From Pecten maximus (Eukaryota), in contig NC_047020.1 in assembly GCF_902652985.1 (NCBI RefSeq), positions 19,592,001-19,656,000 of the forward strand: a stretch of 64,000 nt of DNA. Direction: 5' to 3'. Below are positions 58,111 through 64,000 of the stretch, one piece after another. Position 1 is the stretch's first letter. The number at the start of each line of letters is the position of its first letter. Under the pieces are notes generated by a model. That model was not told the DNA's origin. It searched no databases and was given only the letters and a program-made list of their open reading frames with translations. Made by a program: the position numbers and the translations under genes.

Positions 58111-59424
58111 TTCTTAAAAATAACGTTTCAATGGCGCAGCGATGATCGGCCCCATATCCTGACATGATCATAGTGGAAGTCGTCTATTAGAAGACATGAT
58201 TACATGGATCGCAATGTATACACATTATGAATATACTGGTGTATGTTACTCGAATAAAGACGTTTATCATTTCAAACACGACCCGTCTGGTAAAGCATTA
58301 CTACACCGGTTTTGACTGCTCACATAGAAACCACACGGATTATTTTCTTCTGTTTTGAAAAAGGTATATATCCTCCCTGCTGAGAGCTACTTATAAGGAA
58401 CCCAGAAACATTACGATACATTACACTTTTATACATTGGAGTGCAAAGTTAATATATATATATTAGAGGGAATCGCTAAGTGTATACAAATTAATGCTCT
58501 TTCATTTTGTAAAAGAGGTGGTCTGTATGATTGTTTTGTTTGTTTGAAGAAAAAGCGTAGAAAGGCAGAGCAGTGAGATTAAGATACCAAGTGATGCAAT
58601 GAGCGTAGAAGATCTATTTTGGTCTCTCCAATGTCGGCTAAATAGAAGACGGAAGAAACCCCATATATAAAAAATAATTCAGGGCCCGCATTTAGTCGCC
58701 TCCCATGACATGCAGTGAGACACAGCAAGTGTATTCTTTCCCTGCTCCTATACGGGCATGGTCTGCCCTTGATCTATGACTTTTGAATAGTATTGAATAG
58801 GCCTTTCAAATGTGAAAGTGCTTGCTTCCAAATGTATTTGTACACGAATGCCCCCTTCTGGGAAATCTTGGAATCTTGTCATTAAGCTAAAGGAATTATA
58901 ATTATTGGGCTTATTTAGTAAGCATTTTATTTTTTCCGTATTTTTCCGCATGTGTTAGAAGTCATCACAGCGACCCCGTGTAACGGCTGTTAGGAATAAA
59001 CTCGAATAGTCTACAACATCTGTTGGTCGTGACGTTCGACTTCGCTTTCTTTATAGTCCCCAACACTGAAACCGTCAGGAACGTGTAGTTCATTGTGTTT
59101 CAGAGGTACATCAACAAGCGCTTTTACTGTCGTTTGGATATAAGTTAAGAAATACAGCTCTGTATAAGGACGGAAGGAGAAAGGTTTGAGACGACGGGGA
59201 AGCGTTTCGCCGTCACAGATGTTTAAGGGTTTCGAGTGGTATTTGTGATGGAAATCTTGTAAGACTTCTTGCCAGCATTGAAAATACGGTATACGTTTCG
59301 CGAAGAAATTTTCAGATGCCTTGTAATTGGCGCCATTTTTCAATAAGTTTTTGACACCATCGCTCCGCTCTCCAGTTTGATCCAGCACACATTTTTCTGC
59401 AACATAATAACGCAGGGTGTTATT

Positions 59425-59652
59425 TTGGACATCACCTGATTTGGCCATCACTCGATTTGGACATCACCTGATTTGGCCATCACTCGATTTGGACATCACC
59501 TGATTTGGCCATCACTCGATTTGGACATCACTCGATTTGGACATCACCTGATTTGGCCATGGGCCTCACCTGATTTAGCCATCTCTCGGTTTGACCATCA
59601 CTCGAGTTGTCCATCACCTGATTTGGCCATCACCCGATTTGACCATCACCCG
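59425..59652 (+). repeat. 15-16-bp tandem repeat (TTGG[A/C]CATCAC[CT]GAT), possibly a transposon subterminal array
   Basis: Directly visible. Confidence 0.85.
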
Positions 59653-60002
59653 GTTGTGGTCATTATGAAACATGATTGGGAAAATTTTGAACACACTTAC
59701 AGGTATTGACTCAGAATGCATCCAACGACACTGCAACATACACACGATATTAAATGGGAAAACAACATAGAATCAATGTGGAGTTTGAGAAATTCAGGAA
59801 TGTTGCTGTAGGTTTGATTATGCTGTCAAGACCATCTGATGCCTGTATGATAGCTGGCTAAGGTGGCTCTGAAATAACTTGTTAAATATTGCATGTTAAG
59901 GCATGACACCAGAATCACGAATGATTCATTTTCGCTCTATAGTAGTTAATTCTCAATTTGTTTTTTATAGCTACTGATATCTTGTTTGTCGTTGATAAAA
60001 AA

Positions 60003-61016
60003 ACAATCCTTTCAGATTACGGGTGGTAGATACTTCAGATTACAGGTGGTAGATACTGCAGACAAAATCCTTTCGGATTACAGGTGGTAGATACTGCAGA
60101 CGAAATCCTTTCAGATAACAGGTGGTAGATACTGCAGACAAACTCCTTTCAGATAACAGGTGGTAGATACTGCAGACAAAATCCTTTCGGATTACAGGTG
60201 GTAGATACTGTAGACAAAACCCTTTCAGATAACAGGTGGTAGATACTGCAGACAAAATCCTTTCGGATTACAGGTGGTAGATACTGCAGACGAAATCCTT
60301 TCAGATTACAGGTGGTAGATACTGCAGACGAAATCCTTTCAGATTACAGGTGGTAGATACTTCAGACAAAATCCTTTCAGATTACAGGTGGTAGATACTG
60401 TAGACAAAACCCTTTCAGATAACAGGTGGTAGATACTGCAGACAAATTCCTTTCAGATTACAGGTGGTAGATACTGCAGACAAAATCCTTTCAGATAACA
60501 GGTGGTAGATACTGCAGACAAAATCCTTTCAGATTACAGGTGGTAGATACTTCAGACAAAATCCTTTCAGATAACAGGTGGTAGATACTGCAGACAAAAC
60601 CCTTTCAGATAACAGGTGGTAGATACTGCAGACAAAATCCTTTCAGATTACAGGTGGTAGATACTTCAGACAAAATCCTTTCAGATAACAGGTGGTAGAT
60701 ACTGCAGACAAAACCCTTTCAGATTACAGGTGGTAGATACTGCAGACAAAATCCTTTCGGATTACAGGTGGTAGATACTGCAGACGAAATCCTTTCAGAT
60801 TACAGGTGGTAGATACTTCAGACAAAATCCTTTCAGATTACAGGTGGTAGATACTGTAGACAAAATCCTTTCAGATTACAGGCGGTAGATACTGCAGACA
60901 AAATCCTTTCTGGTTACAGGCGGTAGATACTGCAGACAAAATCCTTTCTGATTACAGGTGAGAGATACTTCAGATTACAGGTGATAGATACTTCAGATTA
61001 CAGGTGGTAGATACTG
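60003..61016 (+). repeat. Homogeneous 38-bp minisatellite (~26 units)
   Basis: Unit CAGGTGGTAGATACTGCAGACAAAATCCTTTCAGATTA. Confidence 0.96.
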
Positions 61017-62269
61017 CTGAAGGATTTTGTTATCCCCGAGGTTTACCGTAACATTTTTGCCACGTCTTAATCGATATGAACAGTGACACGGTTTATACAC
61101 ATGTACTTAAAGTTCTCTTGAAATAAAATATTGAAAAATGTGGAATTTATCGAAATTATCGGTCTTTTAAAGATCCCCCATCCTTACTTAGGTACCTCTT
61201 TTGGTCTTTGATGGGTTTGGTCGCCTTCTATAATCATTTAGCACCACTGACGAGTCCTTGAATAATGAAACAGGTGTACATGTATGACACATTTTAATTG
61301 CTTTATTCTTTGCTAGATATAACTCTCCATTGGTTTTGAAATGGGCTAATGTCTCGTTTATCTTTAACACAAACATTAGAGCTTGCAGGTAGTATATATG
61401 TTGCAGGTGGATTTTTACGTCTCCGAGGTTTATTGTAACCTGTCCCATTTTAGTTTATTTGAATTGTGACACGGTTCATAATATACACATTATTTTGTCT
61501 TAAAATCTTTTGAAGCCACGTGTTAGACGCAGTAACTACTGTATTTTTCGCCGTGCGGGGAGGGGGATCTAATTGCCTTCAAATTGTATGTTTGAAAAAG
61601 ATTCATGATTCCACTTGAAAGACTAAATACGGGACAAAACAATAATTAACATAAATATCCTACTGTGTTTAATAGTTTATAAGAATATTTTCTTGACATG
61701 TATCAACAAAAGTGTCGAAATACATTTGTAAAGACATAGTTTGTAACTGACGTAAGTAAGACTTTGTATTCACACTTTTGTCACGTTTGGAAATGTTTAC
61801 GAAATAGGGGAACGTGATATTGTTTATTTAGTGTTTTAAACAAAGAAATAAGGTAACATACCTTATTCTTCTTGGTCCCATCAACAGAGTAGATATCGTT
61901 TCATCTGTTAGTTTGTTTCCGTGTCTTTGTAAGTGGATTATATCAGAGGCGTTTATCAGCTTATGTCAAACAAAAAGAGATATTCTATACTAGTAGATAG
62001 AACGTTATAGTAAACAACATGAGGATTTATGTACTCTGACAAATATTTCCATTTTTTTTGGACCATGTGCGACCACGGCGCGATCCTTTTACATATATAT
62101 GGCCCATTTCTGTATGGTAATATATCAGTTAAATGATGTCCGTATACACGTCCAGAGTTTATGACTTGTAGAAGGAAGTTTTTGTAGATTTTTTGATTGA
62201 TATGCCGCTGGTTGTCATCATACATATGGCGACAAAATCAAACGGAAAGCTCCAAAAGATGTTTAGCAT

Positions 62270-63297
62270 TTTAAATGACTGCAAGTCCTGAACGCCTGAA
62301 AGGATTTTGAAATTTGGTCTGGGCCATCGTTGGACAAATGAGATCTAATGTTGTATAAAAGGAGCCGTGGCTCCCTATGGGTCAGAGGGATGTGGCCAAA
62401 TAGGGGAAATTGAGGTAAATCTTTGTAAGTTTCCTTCAACTAATGATTTCACTATATGTTATTACCAGTGACTCCATCGCTTTAATCGCTCCTTTGAAGT
62501 TCAAATGAAGTGAAATTTATATCAAATTAATGTCTGAAGATTTCGCTACCTGAAAAATCATATTATTGGATAGGTTTTATAGCATATAAGAGCCTACCCG
62601 TACTTGAAAGACAGTAACCCTGATATTTACGATGGATTGGGGAAATCCGCCTGGGGAATTCCCGCCTTTTTACACCTAGAACCATACGTCATTCTATTTT
62701 TTTTATTATAATATAATCAAGGACCCATTTCATATTTATTTACTCAGGACACAGCTACAAACTAAAGAAACACATTTTCTTCTGGGACTTGATTCGGGTG
62801 TAAGAGAAGCTGATTGGCTGAATTAGTTATGCGAGACCTTAAATCGCTACTAGTCATGAACGACTGAATCGGTTTTAATGGAATTTGGTCTGGAGCATAA
62901 TCGAGAAAAGGAAATATAATGTTGTATGGATAGAGGGTTTGGTTCCCTTGATCCGGATTGGCGGGATCCTAATAGGGGTAATAAATGTTAATCTTTTAAA
63001 TCGCTACTAGTCCTGAACGACTGAATGGTATGGTCTTGGATCAGTATAGGGCAAGGCGATATTATTTTAAATACATGAGGTTGGTTCCAATGGGCCAGAG
63101 AGTTGGGTCCTATTAGAGGAAAAATTCATATTCTTTAACATCCATCCTCCTTACGAATGCTAGGATTTGGTCCACATTTGGTTTCAGCCATTGTTTTCAG
63201 AGGCAGCTCAAAAAGTAGGGAAACATTTGTAATTTGACCTTAATGAGAGTATTATGCCAGGAATGTTGAAAGATGCAGGCAATCTGGGCCTCTTGCT
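62270..63297 (+). mobile_element. Degenerate, interrupted HINE of the 157-bp monomer family
   Basis: AAATCGCTACTAGTC at ~62841 and ~62998, AATAGGGGAAAT motifs, 3' end GCAGGCAATCTGGGCCTCTTG. Confidence 0.65.
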
Positions 63298-64000
63298 CAG
63301 AAGAAGTATTAAAAGATAAATGCAGGAGAAACATATACAAATAATTAACAGAAGACCAAAATGCATATCTGTTCGTGGGTCATTTCACCGTTAAAATGTA
63401 CGAAGAAATTTGAAACAATACTATCAAGCCTCAAAACAGTCCCCATGGTCATCATTTTGAACGTCCAATCATGCTCAAAGAATCGTCTTTTAACTAAACC
63501 GAATTGCTGTAATTTCATAAGACTTTAAAGGTGTATTCTAATATGACTGTTACGTTGGCTATCTTGGATTTCAGACAGACCCGTTGAATAATTGCATCTC
63601 AGTGATTGCAAAATCGCGTATAAAATGTCCACCATGACTTCAACAACCGGCATAATTATCTCCGGACCATAACTGGCATGTTTCAGCAAGGGTTTGGCCG
63701 CATTAAAGAAATTAGCCACTGGACTGCAAGATAAGCAACTCGTGACCAGAGACCAGAGCTAAAATATCTAAGATTAATGCAGAGCGCATGACGACAGACG
63801 AAACATGATTAATGTTGATATCATACATTGTATTAAAGTGTTAGATATAAATTAAACGAAGTCTAACTTCCTGTTTCAAGTACCCATATTTTATATACAT
63901 TTTGTAGATGTGTGTACATGAGTGACAGACAGGTGTCGGTCCACTGAGTTACCTGTACATATCTCTAAATGTTCAGCAGGTTTGCGTCACAATCTATTTA

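Noticed and set aside
60003-61016. Regular short repeats resembling CRISPR (also 27740-29397 and 37435-38312)
   Set aside because: Head-to-tail units without unique spacers, no cas genes, eukaryotic context.
61247-61285. Hammerhead-like CTGACGAGTC...GAAAC
   Set aside because: Stem II does not pair and there is no cleavage-site stem; at most a decayed Penelope-type remnant.
63525-63760. Possible minus-strand exon (64-aa ORF, some Cys)
   Set aside because: GTG start, no recognisable domain, and no consistent frame after the candidate acceptor.

Overview
Eukaryotic, AT-rich, intron-containing animal DNA. The repeat landscape (Helentron-associated elements with ~145-157 bp internal arrays, V-domain-like tRNA SINEs, long poly-G tracts) points to a bivalve mollusc, probably a scallop; this is inference. 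By hand-splicing I reconstruct four genes. (1) The first coding exon of LAMTOR1 (- strand, 1230-1271) lies head-to-head with (2) a complete 13-exon mitochondrial Asn-tRNA synthetase NARS2 (+, 1544-10890). (3) A 17-exon PLAT+catalytic lipoxygenase (+, 22607-36428) has all iron ligands intact, an N-terminal MGSCQS acylation motif built from two micro-exons, Ala at the Coffa-Brash site, and a 1-nt frame disruption with TAA in exon 5. (4) A 6-coding-exon RBR E3 ligase RNF14 (+, 45474-48595). The rest is transposons and satellites: several HINEs, a CACTA/EnSpm-like element nested in a HINE that carries an intact spliced DUF4806/BEN-like ORF, a MULE remnant, 9-bp-TSD palindromic MITEs, a 26-bp palindrome resembling a P-element excision footprint, SINEs and many minisatellites. 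I found no clearly new multi-gene system. The best leads are the lipoxygenase peculiarities, the nested cargo-carrying transposon and the splice-site duplications.
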